Source: Lepidodermella squamata
Lineage: Eukaryota; Animalia; Gastrotricha
Length of the DNA stretch: 64,000 nucleotides
Direction: 5' to 3'
NCBI GenBank assembly: GCA_047495785.1
Contig: JBLDXI010000010.1
Location: forward strand, 1,674,001-1,738,000
Below, piece after piece: positions 38,790 to 50,844 of this stretch. Each line of letters opens with the position of its first letter. Position 1 is the stretch's first letter. The notes under the pieces were generated by a model, which saw only the letters and a program-made list of their open reading frames with translations, was not told the origin of the DNA and did no database searches. A program made the translations under genes and the position numbers.

Positions 38790-40075
38790 ATGAGCTTTTT
38801 ACTTCCTTGGCTTATTGTTGCGCTAATTTCGGGGGCGCAGCTCTCTGCAGCTAGCAACTTGACAGACCCACTGTCTCTGGAAGAGGCCTATTCCGCATAC
38901 TGCCCTGAAGCTTCAACGCTCACCCTACCAAACTACTGGCTGCTAAAAAGGCATCAGACAATCAATGTCACCGTTTTCATCACGTTATTTCGCTTCATGG
39001 GCATTAACGATCTTACTCAGAGGTATGCATTTCAAACTGGATATAACAGCAATAACAGAGAAAATACATCTCTAGCTTGTCCCTTTTGGCATCAGTTAAT
39101 TTTATTTGGTACCCAACGTGCGAACCACCGACATGTTACGATATATTCAAAAACGAAACGCTATGCCAGATTCTGAACAAAAGCCCAAACGAAATGCTGA
39201 CACCACTGAAAATTGAACGATCTATTAGAGATGTATGGGTTCCACAAGTTGTAAACATGAACGCCATGGAGAACATGCGGCCAATCCTCAGGTAATTTGG
39301 TCTAATTCAATATTTCGGTTGGATTTTTGAATATTCGAACAGAGATCCTCTTCAGAAAATCTTTATTTGGCCCTTTATGGACAATGAGCACCTTGCTTTC
39401 GACATAGTTCGCTTCGATTTGGTTTGCGGCAATTTTTCTTTCACAAGGTTCCCGTTTGATTCCCTAGAATGCGCCATTGAGCTGCAAAGCGACGACCTGG
39501 CGCAATACGTATCATTTAACATAACGTCATTCGTCGTTGACGAGGCTGCAAAGCAAGATTTCATAAGCGACACCGAAATTTGGTCATTTGAGGGCTGCGG
39601 CACAGCAGTTATGGATGTCTCAAATCAAAGTGGCGATGTTCAAATACCGAGACTCATTTTCCCGGTGAAATTCAGGCGACGAGCCGAGTTTTTCGGGGCT
39701 AATATATTTCTACCTGTCATCTCGCTGTATGTTCTACAGGTTTCAACTCTGATAATGACGCCAGATGTTCCAGATCGAGCCGGTATAGGCGTGACTCTTG
39801 TCCTCGCGTTTTCCGTAGTTCTCTCTATGGTATTCGAAAATATCCCGCGTACATCGGAGACAGTCTACATTTTAAATGTTGTCATTTTCAAGTTCACCAT
39901 GGGCCTGGTCATCAGCTTCTATGAACTTGTCACTTGTGCTATTGCTGCATGGCTGGCTGAAAGGGGAAAAGCATTCGCCAAGTTGAGATGGGCTGATCTG
40001 TTCTTTGCTTGCTGCGTAATTTTGGTCAGTGTCATCGTTGACGGGTACTACTTAGCAAGAATGATGGGCAGATGA
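38790..40075 (+). CDS. Divergent pLGIC subunit (pLGIC-4), 3 exons
   Basis: Signal MSFLLPWLIV; VWVPQV; CGNFSFTRFPFDSLEC; four TM helices. Confidence 0.9.
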
Positions 40076-40541
40076 TAGTTTCATTTCATAATTATCTTAG
40101 TTTTTTTAAATTGTTTACCTATTTCTGACGTAATATTTGAAGTAAAAGAATATACCGTGTTTTACGAATTATAAGACCTTGCTCTGCATTGTTTTCAAAC
40201 GACGTTCAAGTCCTGCCCTGTATTTAGTGTCTGCCCTTTAATTTTTCGAGCCTAATCAGTCATCTGAAGAGTACCTAGATCAACAGTCAAAACCGCCGAA
40301 TAACCACCTCAGCTACTGCCTTCCACCTTTGACTACACGTGTAAAGTGTTTGCTCAAGTGGATTAAGGTGGATGAAGGACGATTAGTGCCCTTACCGAAG
40401 AAAAATTACAACCTACCAAACTCCAACCACTTACCCAACAGGCGCTCATGTAAGCCACTTCATACAAGGCTACCTATTAATAAGGTTCTGCCTTTCTTAT
40501 TTCAAATGACCTTTACTTTCTGCCCTTTATTCTGGTTCTGC

Positions 40542-41643
40542 CAGGGTGCGAAGTAACATTTAAAAGATTTTCTATTAAAGCTCGATCGAAGTCGCCTGGG
40601 GTGTCGCCTCGGTCTGGCGGGAGAAAATTTCAAAATTTAATCGGAGTTGTGAAATCCATTACAGATGCCCATTACAGATTAACCAAAGTAATTAGAGAAC
40701 ACCCATTGTGAGGACGATGGATGCCGAGTTTTTAAGCAATTTCCGGCTATTCCTGACACTAACATCGCCAAAAATATCGTCAGCTAAAGCTCGCTGCACT
40801 CGCCTTCGGGTTTAAGGTTGTATAGGGAGGGGATTATGCAACGGTGGCTAATTAAAGGTTCGACTATCGACACTACTAGCAGTTGTATAGAAACCATTTT
40901 TTTGAACAATGCTCCGCATCATCTCATTTATATAAGATGCACTTTTAATTGCAGCACTTTTGCTCAATTCTGTCAGTTCAAGCATTGCTTATTAGCGTCT
41001 TGAATTTATTGTTACCGAAATGGAATTTGTCGGAGGCGTCTTACTCAATACGTCTTTCTCAATATTTGGATTTCGAGCTTGTAAGATAGCAGATAATTTT
41101 TCAGGGCCGAAGGCCGATAAAAGCAAATAATAAAATGGCAAATGGACCGGAAAAAGGTCAGATTTTATCTGCGGCCGGAGCCGTTGCTTGCCAGCCGCCA
41201 AAATGGCCGGCGGTAAAAAAGTTTGTTTTAGAAATCCAGCATTGCTAATGGATCTGGCGCAATCCATGACTAAGAACATTGCTGCGTCTAGCCAGCTTTT
41301 CAAAGATGTTTCCAAAAACGGCAATTTGACATTTTTCTTAGTTTCGAGAATTTGAGACGTGGCGTAAGTAAAGAGCCCTTATTTGAACCAAATAACAATG
41401 TGACAATGGGAAGAAAACGGAGCGAACTTAAAAAAAAAGTAATGACTGTAAATAGTCAATCTTAGGAGGGTTTGGAACACTTTTTTTTACCGAAAAATCG
41501 AAAAATATCTCGCTTCGCTCGTTGCAAGGGTTAAAACCATAGCTGATTTTCCCCCATGCCAAGCAAATGTTACATTGCCATGCAATTTTTGTGTTGCTCA
41601 ACATTAGGAATACACCAGCTCGAAAATCCTACTTCGCACACTG
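40542..41643. mobile_element. 1.1-kb non-autonomous element with the same hAT-type TIRs as the 165-bp MITE
   Basis: CAGGGTGCGAAGTA ... TACTTCGCACACTG; flanking TTCTGC direct repeat. Confidence 0.65.
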
Positions 41644-42261
41644 TTCTGCCCTATGGCCTGTCTAATAATTCGTAAACGCGGTACTCATTTTGAAGCTTCG
41701 TTACGATCGTTATTCTTCATAACTCGGTAAGCCCTGTGGTTACATCGTTTCGCGCTGTTGTTGTTGTTGCAGCATAAGGGACAAGTTTTTGACGCGGGAT
41801 GAACCAGCAAGATAGCATGCACCATCCGTGGGGCGTTGTTTTGCAAACTTATCGGATAGTTGACAGTAATGGACACCCCAGCACCCCCGTACTGGGCACC
41901 CTGAGTAACAGGGTACATTCTTTACTTCGAAATAAGCAAAATCTACTGACTTACATCAACATGTTTGTGGATGCGATAAGAAAAATATGCAAGGAAGTGA
42001 TTACCGTTGATGGAAATGATGGGAAACGCATTTCTTTGAAGTCAGTCCACGGGTACCAGCGACTGAAAACTGAAATGGCATGACCTTATTTCAACCGTCT
42101 TGTTAAACACTGTTAACACTTGTTAACGGGATGGGGACGGACTAGACAACAAAATGAGAATAATTTATCCCACTATTTCGCTAATTTTCAGAGGGCTTCG
42201 ATCGAGCTTTAATAGAAAATCTTTTAAATGTTCTCGCTTCGCTCGCATTTCAGTTGAAATG

Positions 42262-42356
42262 ACTCGTGTTGCATCGAAAACGAACAACGGCGTTAAGTAA
42301 ACTTTGTTGCATTTCGAATCGGTTGGGCTGAAATAGCTGCATCGATCTAGAAGACT
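42262..42356 (-). pseudogene. Kunitz-like gene fragment (paralog of 45437-47614)
   Basis: Reads LLDRCSYFSPTDSKCNKVYLTPLFVFDA versus LLDRRCYFSPTDSQCSEFYLSPLFVYDA. Confidence 0.8.
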
Positions 42357-42560
42357 CTTGTCTACAGCAGTATTCCTAGAGCAACAGAAACAGTATAACT
42401 TGTGAAAATTGTCACGTCACATCACAAATATACCGTGGGACTTATACTGAGTTTTTACGAGCTGCTAACTTTAGCTGTGTGCCATTTCGGCTGAGAAAAG
42501 TTGTCGATGAATACTGCGCATCGCTGATTTTAGCTTTTCAGTAATTCTGATCAGTGTCAC
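42357..42560 (+). pseudogene. pLGIC M2-M4 fragment (paralog of pLGIC-3)
   Basis: Aligns to 37527-37738 with a stop and indels. Confidence 0.85.
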
Positions 42561-42574
42561 GGTCCACAGACATT

Positions 42575-42840
42575 TAGTCCTTGACAAGTCAGCCACGACA
42601 ACTCAACCAGCGACAACTCAGCCTTTTAGCTACAAAGTTCGGCCCGCATGCTCGCTCCGCTCATGTGGTAATAGGGCTAAGTATTTTCATATTTGAATGC
42701 AGGCTGAGTTCTCGCGATATTGTTATAAATAATAAAAGGCTGAGTAGTCGCGGGCTGAGATGTCGCTAATTGAAATAATATTGATAAAGGCTGAGTTGTC
42801 GTTTTCTGAATTTTCGAGACTCAGTTGACGGAATACGCAT
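42575..42840. repeat. Foldback element of CGACAACTCAGC / GGCTGAGTTGTCG units
   Basis: Inverted arrays of about 15-bp units. Confidence 0.65.
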
Positions 42841-43579
42841 TGTTGATGGCTATTATTTCTGTAAAATACTAGATAAATTTAACGCTTCGTTCTTTTTAAA
42901 TTTCGGGTTTTTTATTGAGCTTTTGACAATTAAAACGATTTTCGAATAAGATTTTTTTGTTGAAGCTCGACCGCTTAACAAAATGGAAATTACGCTCAAA
43001 ATTCCGGTCCATGAAAAGGTCTGATGAATTATCTGATGAATTAAAGATGAATTTACGAACGATTTGGATTTGGATACAAAACAGCCAAGTAAGAAAATTT
43101 GGCTTGCGATTATACATTTGTAATTTCCATCCGTTTTCACACAGAATGAGATTCTGTATTTCTCTCGTTGAAAATGCTGAGCGTTGCGCCGTTTGTTTCA
43201 CGGGTGGTTTCATTTCTATGAAATATCGGGGATTGCATCAACAAAATTGAATTTTGCTGAAACTAAATTTTCTTTGCCATTCACCTTCATGATCGATGGA
43301 ATGTCAACTTCCATTGTTTACGCTGGCGCGAGACATATTTCCCTGCGGAAACACCGCTATCAAAGCTTTTCGAACATCATCGTTATTTACTTAGGTCTGT
43401 GTGCTACCGAGAAATCATTTAATTTCCTATTACTCGCCTGGTATTTACCCTTGGCGTCAAACGCTAGCATGTACTATGCTTGAAGATGCCATGTTCGGAT
43501 CGTGGGAGCTTCAGTATATAGGAATTTAATATCTTCACACGCGCCATTTTCCTATGATCTTTCAATTAATACCGACTGA

Positions 43580-43923
43580 CAGTGCGCGAAGTGCGAGGGG
43601 AATGGCAAGGGGAATGGAGGGTATCGTACCCCCCAGTTCGCAAGGCTAAGGTGAAAAAATCCGGATAAAACCACAGGCAGTGTGCGAAGTAGGATCCGGA
43701 AGCTGAGGTGTTTTCTACTTGTTTTCTGGGACCCAGCCGAAGAAACCGAAGGGTCCCCCCTGTGGTTTTTTTCAGCCTTTCTCTGGTTTGGGTCTCGGAG
43801 CTGGGGTGTCGCGACACCCCAGCACCCCGGTACTTCGCACCCTGACCACAGGGGGGGACCCTTTGGTCATGAAATTTTGTCCCGAAAATACTCCCTAGTT
43901 CGAGGATCCTACTTCGCTCACTG
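43580..43923. mobile_element. Older hAT-type element hosting a nested MITE, in the promoter of pLGIC-5
   Basis: Ends CAGTGCGCGAAGT / ACTTCGCTCACTG; flanking CGACTGA repeat. Confidence 0.6.
43678..43844 (-). mobile_element. hAT-type MITE, copy 2
   Basis: Inverted homolog of 7047-7211; 8-bp TSD ACCACAGG. Confidence 0.9.
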
Positions 43924-44024
43924 CCGCGACTGAAAACCTTCCTGTCGTGAGCAAATTGCAATCTTAGACAACTTCTGATCTATATGTTATAAAGCTCAGA
44001 TAAATTGTGAATTTTCGCTTTGAG

Positions 44025-45316
44025 ATGAGCCTTTTACTTCCTTGGTTGATTATTGCAGTAACTTTGATGATGCACCTCTCTGCAGCCACCAACTTGACAG
44101 ACCCACTGTCTTTGGAAGAGGCCTATTCCGCATACTGCCCCGAAGCCTCATCACTCACACTACCCACCTACTGGCTGCTTAAAAGGCAGCAGACAATCAA
44201 TGTCACCGCTTTCATCACGTTATTTCGCTTCATGGGAATTGACGATCTTACTCAGAGGTAAGTATGCATTAGGAACTAATAGTAGCAACAAAAACTGAGC
44301 TAACACATCTCTATAGCATGTCCCTTTTGGTGGCAATCAATTTTATTTGGCACCCAACGTGTGCGCCACCGACATGTTACGATATTTTTAAGAACGACAC
44401 TCTATGCCAGATTTTGAGCAAAAGCGAAAACGAAACGCTTACACCACTGAAAATTGATCGATCAATTAAACAAGTATGGGTTCCACAAGTTGCACACTTG
44501 AACGCTGTGGACAAAATGAGGCCACTTCTCAGGTATATTTTAGACCATATTTTTCCGGATTGAATTTTTGAATATTTACGAAGAGATCCGCTACAGAAAA
44601 TCTTCATTTGGCCCTTCCTGGAAAATCAACACGCGGCCTTCGACATAGTTCGCCTCGACTCGTATTGCAGCAATTTTTCTTTCACGAGGTTCCCGTTTGA
44701 CTCCCTAGAATGCGCCATTGAACTGCAAAGCGACGACTTGGCGCAATTCGTCTCGTTCAGTGTGTTATCATTCGTTGTCGACGAGGCTGCAAAACAAGAT
44801 TTCATAAGTGAAACTGAAATTTGGTCATTTGAGGGCTGCGGCACGGCAATTGTGACTATCTCGATCCAAAGTGGCAATATTCCAATACCGAAAATCATTC
44901 TCCCGGTGAAATTCAGGCGAAGAGCCGAGTTTTTCGGGGCTAACATATTTCTACCCGTCATCTCGCTGTATGTTCTACAGGTTTCAACTCTGATAATGAC
45001 GCCAGATGTTCCAGATCGAGCCGGAATAGGCGTCACTCTTGTCCTCGCGTTTTCCGTTGTTCTCTCTATGGTTTTCGAGAACATACCCCGAACTTCAGAG
45101 ACAGTCTACATTTTAAATGTTGTTATTTTTAAATTCACAATGGGGCTGGTCATCAGCTTCTATGAACTTGTCACTTGCGCTATTGCTGCATGGCTGGCTG
45201 AAAGGGGAAAAGCATTCGCCAAGTTGAGATGGGCTGATCTGTTCTTTGCTTGCTGCGTAATTTTGATCAGCATTATTGTCGATGGATACTACTTTGGAAG
45301 AATGATGAACGGATGA
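44025..45316 (+). CDS. Divergent pLGIC subunit (pLGIC-5), close paralog of pLGIC-4
   Basis: Same 3-exon structure; CSNFSFTRFPFDSLEC; TM region near-identical to pLGIC-4. Confidence 0.9.
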
Positions 45317-45436
45317 TGGTTGTTCTTTCATTTTTGTCAATTATCCTCAATTTTCCTCGATTTTGGTCAACTTTTGTACTTCTTTCTACTATGAATTTGA
45401 AAGTGTAAATAAGACTCATATTAAAGCTTCGTTTCT

Positions 45437-47614
45437 TTAATTTTTCACAATTCGTGAATCCGGCGAGATAAATAAAGGCGTTGTGCGAGATTCGAGTAAT
45501 ATTTTAGAACCAGGCGCGAGCGAAGTTGTTAAGGATTTGAGATTGCAATCCTCGCGGCAGACAAGCCAAGTTTGGCATTTCGAAACCGGCTCGTTCTGAG
45601 GGCACTGATCCGCGCATTGCCGGATGCAAGCGGAAGGTCCACCGATATTACCACGTTTTGTTGTAACGACCACTGGAACCTCAGCAGGGACAGGGATCAG
45701 TGGTTTCTCTGCTCAACAAAATTGAGTTGGAATATCGGAAATCCGTCTCCTAATATAATCATACCTTTTAAATCGTTAGCTTCGCAGGCCAACTGGCAAT
45801 CAGCTAGTGATGTGCAAGTAGTGAACAATGAACCAGGTAGACAATGTCTTTGACACTTCTCGAGGCAGGCCCGCTTGTCACCAACCAACGGCCTGTTAAT
45901 TCGGATTGCTTCAGTCGTAGCTTCACTGATAAGACCTGGCGTTACAATGTTTCGAGCTGTTGTTACCGAAAAGGATGAAGGAGCGAGTTTTTCGCCTCGA
46001 GATTTGTACCAGCAGGATAGCATGCATTCTCCGTAGCCAGAGCACTGCAGCCCCTGGTCCAAGCCCCTTTGGGGACATTTTGCAAGGCATTGAGCAGCAC
46101 AAGGCAGTTTTGACCAGGCGATATAAGGTTGAGTGGTCGCTTGTACCTCCTGAGTTACTGATTTTTCACTGACAGATCGCTGTTCGGTAACTGCTGTGGA
46201 AGTAGTTTTGCCAATTTGAGCATCAACGACGCATCTTTTTATGCAGTTCGGCCGGGCGTTCTTGCAGAACTCACTTAAAGCTAAGCAAATCGGTATATTC
46301 TCGCACTGCTGGGTGCACTTAGACAATACATCCGCTAAAACAGATAAAAACAATTTGGCAATGGTTACGGGGGTTCAGTCAAAACTAACGGTTGGTTTTA
46401 ACAGGTAGACTTGTAGTTAATTCAGTTCCTGACGATGCTGGCCTGATTCCTGCTGAAGATTCGCAACTGATTTCAGCAAAATAATTCTCAGATCTGCGTA
46501 GGCTTACCTTTTGAATCTTGCGCCAAACAGTTCTTCCAGCATATTTCCATCCCTATGCATTTACCTTGCCTATCGAGACTGGTCTGACACGTCTTTTTAC
46601 AATTTTCGTAGCATTTCCACATGAATAACCGTTTCGCTTGCAATCCCATTTCAGATCTGGTCGATGTTATCTCAATTACAGCCGCTGGGTACGGATAAAA
46701 TGTGGTAAAGTTTTCTAGTTTTTAGGCTTAGCAGTTCACCTGCAGTTGTTGAAGGTGGCAAAGAAGTCGGTTTCGCTTTTGGTTCAAATACCCATGTAGC
46801 ATTAGGCCTAACACAGTTGAAGTAGCAGTAGCTGCATTGAGATTTGCAAAATTCCGGTCTGCACAACGCCTTGCATCTCAATTCGATCCCAGATAAGACT
46901 GCAAGTAGAAAATTATACGTAAGAGTCTGATTCTTTCTGATTTCATTGGGCAATATCACCGATGCTAGAAGTGGATGCCGGAGTCTTGCTCTCTGGAGTT
47001 TCATAGCCTTAAATAAAGAATTTGGATAAGTGAGAGCAGTTAGTAAGCCGTCGAACTTACCACCCTGCGTCGATGCTGCGATCGTTGATGAATCTGGGGA
47101 AAGTTTGAGAGAATGCCACAGCGAGGGAATGTCTCACCTAATTCCTTCGAAGCTTCGATTTTCCGCGCAGTTGAGCCTATATAATTAGTTATTTGAATCA
47201 ACATCGAAAATCCCGGCTTTCAAAACTGCAAACCTTTTGTAACGATTTGAGGAGTTGAAGTCTCAGGGCCTTAAAAACAGACGGCTTGAAAAGCGACATG
47301 CATAGTGTATCGGGACGTATACCTATTGCAAAGGGTTCCGGTGATAAGCAAAGGCGTTTGCATTCTTCCATTGACTCAAATTTGTTCTCGTTGTCGAGCT
47401 CTCTGTCGCAGCCTTTGGTTAGAATTCGACAATCCCCTTGTTCTGCATCGTAAACAAACAACGGCGAGAGGTAAAATTCGCTGCACTGCGAATCCGTTGG
47501 GCTGAAATAGCAGCGTCGATCTAGAAGACGTGAAAGGTAGGGTTCTGGAATGCTACATATGCTATTGGTGGTTAGGGAAGCGAATGCGAACAATTTGAGT
47601 GAAAAAGGGATCAT
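45437..47614 (-). CDS. Secreted Kunitz-like + micro-exon S/T linker + about six CX3C-type Cys modules
   Basis: Signal MIPFSLKLFAFA; Kunitz domain in exon 1; micro-exons of 36, 39, 33 and 48 nt; modules such as CLEKCQRHC..C..CQLAC. Confidence 0.75.
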
Positions 47615-48157
47615 CTTGTATCGGAGCAAACGGGACAAAATCTGTTTTCTATTGGCAGCTGGAAATCTGTTTATTCATTTGCATGCATATCACGCTTGAA
47701 TTTACGTGGATTAGAGACGTCGCGACCTTTAACCACTTAGGATTCGGGATAAAACTATATGATTTTGGATTCTAAAACATATTCTATTTTCATCTGACCT
47801 CGCTGAACGAGGTGTGAACATTCTCGATTTAGGACAAGGAAAACGAGTACGGTGACCACTTTTAAAATTGAGTAAAATAGCGATCCGCGGCAGTAATATA
47901 GCGATCAAATGGACAGCCTTCCATTTTGTCTACGGTTTATGGGGTTTTCATGTTAAAAGACTTTTCAACTTTTTGACATCTATTATGTTCTGGTCTCCCT
48001 TTAATATTGCCTCTTCGAAGTTTGATGACAAAGAAATTAATAGTGGGGATTTATTTGGCTCTCAGTGTTACTAAACGCAAGTGGATATTCGAAAGTTAGT
48101 CATACTACATTATTTTATTTTCTATTTTATTCCCATCCCAGTTTCCATTTTCATTGC

Positions 48158-50274
48158 TCAGAAAGGAATTCGAGGAAAACCAGTGCTGAATGTCTCGCCT
48201 GATGGTTTGCCCATGATCTCCGCATTGGGAGCTAGATAGAAAATAATTCATTAAAATAGACCGATTATAAATAAGACTTGTAAATTGCTTACATGGTCTG
48301 ATTGGGACAGGCTTGAACGCGCCGCTTGTCACATCAGCTTGCGGAACTAAAATTTAACACTCGTCAAGTTAAAGAAACATATAATGGTTCAACTCACAGC
48401 CGTTGTTAGCTAATCCAGGGTCTTGATTGGTAGCTGGAGCGACGGGTGGGACATCTTCATAGATGCAAACCTTTGGGCAAGTTTTATGGCATTTTTCCGG
48501 AAACACTTGGTCGCAAATTGTTTCGCATGTGTTTTTGCATCGCCTCCTAGGAATCTCTGCAGCGGCGTTGGTTGCCGAAGGTTCAGCAGGTGGGGTAGCT
48601 ACAGTAGAAGGGCGGGTAGCTAGGAAGTGATAAATAGGAACCTAATCGATCACATCAATTGAAAACCGTACGCGTCTTGCATAATCTAGCCGAAGGCGGG
48701 CCGAAAACCTTCCTGCAAATATCGCATCTCTCGTTATCCGTTGCCCACCAACACGCAGTACGATCTGCAGTTCTAACGCAATTACGCTCGCAATGCTGAG
48801 CCAATGCATCGGGACGCAAAGAAGAAAACGTTGGCCTTGCCGTAGTTAGTTTTGGCGGGTATAAAATCGCCGTACACTCATGCATGCACGTGCCATGCTC
48901 TGCTGACTTACATGTCGTCGGTTGAACGGTGCAATGCAATTGCTTGCAGCGATCAGCGCAACCTTGAAATCGCTTCAAAGCTTCCGGTGGAAAATCGGTC
49001 ATTTCTGCCGGGACACGCGTCGATGTGATTTGCGCCATAGTTGAAGATGGAAATCGGTTTCGAGGGTCTCTGGTTCCTTTTGGATAACACTTCTCCATAC
49101 ATCCAATCAGATGCTCGGGCGTCCTTATAAACTTTAGATTGTTGTTCTTTGCATCGACGCATCTCGCACAATATTTGACGTCTATGTATAGAGCTGAATT
49201 GAAAGAAAATTACATAGCTTTCCGAATATTTGGTGTTTAAAGAAATACGCGGAGCTCGCGAGGAGGACAGCAATCTTTGGGTTGGCTTAGCAGTGGTTTG
49301 ACAGTTCGTGTAGCAGCGTGAATAGCAGCCACTGCCTAATGTGCATTCTCTGGAGCATTTATCCAAGCAGTCCCTGACTTCCCCTTGCTGCCCCACTTTG
49401 AAGTAAAAAGCCACGATTGCATTCAGGGCAGAGTTAAACTGGATTAGACTACCTGTTGAGCTTGCAGTCTTCACCATCGGTCGCGTAATCCTGTCGATCG
49501 ATCGGGCTATGATTAAAATTGCAGAAAAGTTCAATAGGCTCGAGAAACATTGACTTACCCGTAGAAGCTGAGTTTCTTGCCGTTGTCGCTGCAAAATCGC
49601 GACTAATAATATTGTTGAAAAGGAGGTTTCATGAACTCACCCTCGCCGAAATGCCCGGTCTGAGGTTCTGCAGGCCGTTGACTGGCTGGTTTCGATGAAT
49701 CTAAACCTTACTCACCTCACACAATGAAGTTCTAATACGCATCGGATCACCCTACCTCCAAAAGGAGCTCCTGCAAGAAATAACAAAATTCCAAAACTTG
49801 AGATTCAAAATTGGAAGCCGATTAGTGACTCACTCGTTGAACCTCCATTGCTCACCGCCGAAGTTTCTGGAAGAAAACATGAATGATACTTATTCAAATG
49901 ATAAATCTAGGCATACGCTCAAATTTGTTTCCAGCAGTCGTCGTTTCGCGGGCTAAATTTACGTTGGATTAGAGAACTTCAAAACGCTTAGATGAAGAAT
50001 TACCAATGTCTACGTCGTAGCAGAGCTTTTTGCATTCTTCGATGGTAAGAAATTTGTTTTCGTTCGCCGCTTCGAAGTCACAGCCACCAAATTCAGTCTT
50101 GCAAGCACCCTTCTCCGCATCGAAAATGATTAGCGGTGGTTTGTATAGCGTCATGCAATCCATAACTCCAGGATTCGGGGTATAATAGCATCGCCTGTCT
50201 TTCAGCCTTGGCAAATCGTAGCTGAACCCTGAGGCAGCTATAGTTAGCAAGAAGAAAATTGTTGACGCTACCAT
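48158..50274 (-). CDS. Secreted Kunitz-like + micro-exon linker + several CX3C-type modules
   Basis: Signal MVASTIFFLLTIAA; Kunitz domain; six micro-exons in 49453-49952; CADRCKQLHC..C..CMHEC and similar modules. Confidence 0.75.
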
Positions 50275-50844
50275 TCTCCGTTTCGAATTTAAAAAATACT
50301 TCGACAAGGTTTGGATACTTCATTCGGATATTTATTTGGCTATTCAATACGCGGCGTCGTGATTAAATCAAGTCACGACAACATGCAGACATTAGACCCG
50401 GCACCAACCATCTGCGTTAATTAAGATTCATTGGGGAGTTGAAGTAATCCAAAATCAGCAGAGTGTAGAATGAAGTGTACCTCCCAGCTCGAGGGGTCAA
50501 GAAAAAAGACTTGAAAAAACCAAAAAGGAACCCCGTGGTCCGATTAACTCGGGGCGAAAATGGCACAAATGTAACCCCAGAATTCAATTGGTACGACCAT
50601 AGAATGAATGAATACTGCCAAATGGAATATCGCTAACGGCACCCCAAAAGAACCACTTTGCCAAAATGTTCAATTCAGAAGCCTGAAGGCAGCGCTGAAT
50701 GCGGTTTAAATTGTCGCTGATCGAATCGATAGCATGATCGTTTAATGTGCAAGGTTTAAAATTACTTTCCATAAAAGCGAGCAAAGCAATGAGCGTCCGT
50801 TTTATTTTGTAACTCGTTTTGGAGTCTCTTTCTTCAATTTACTA

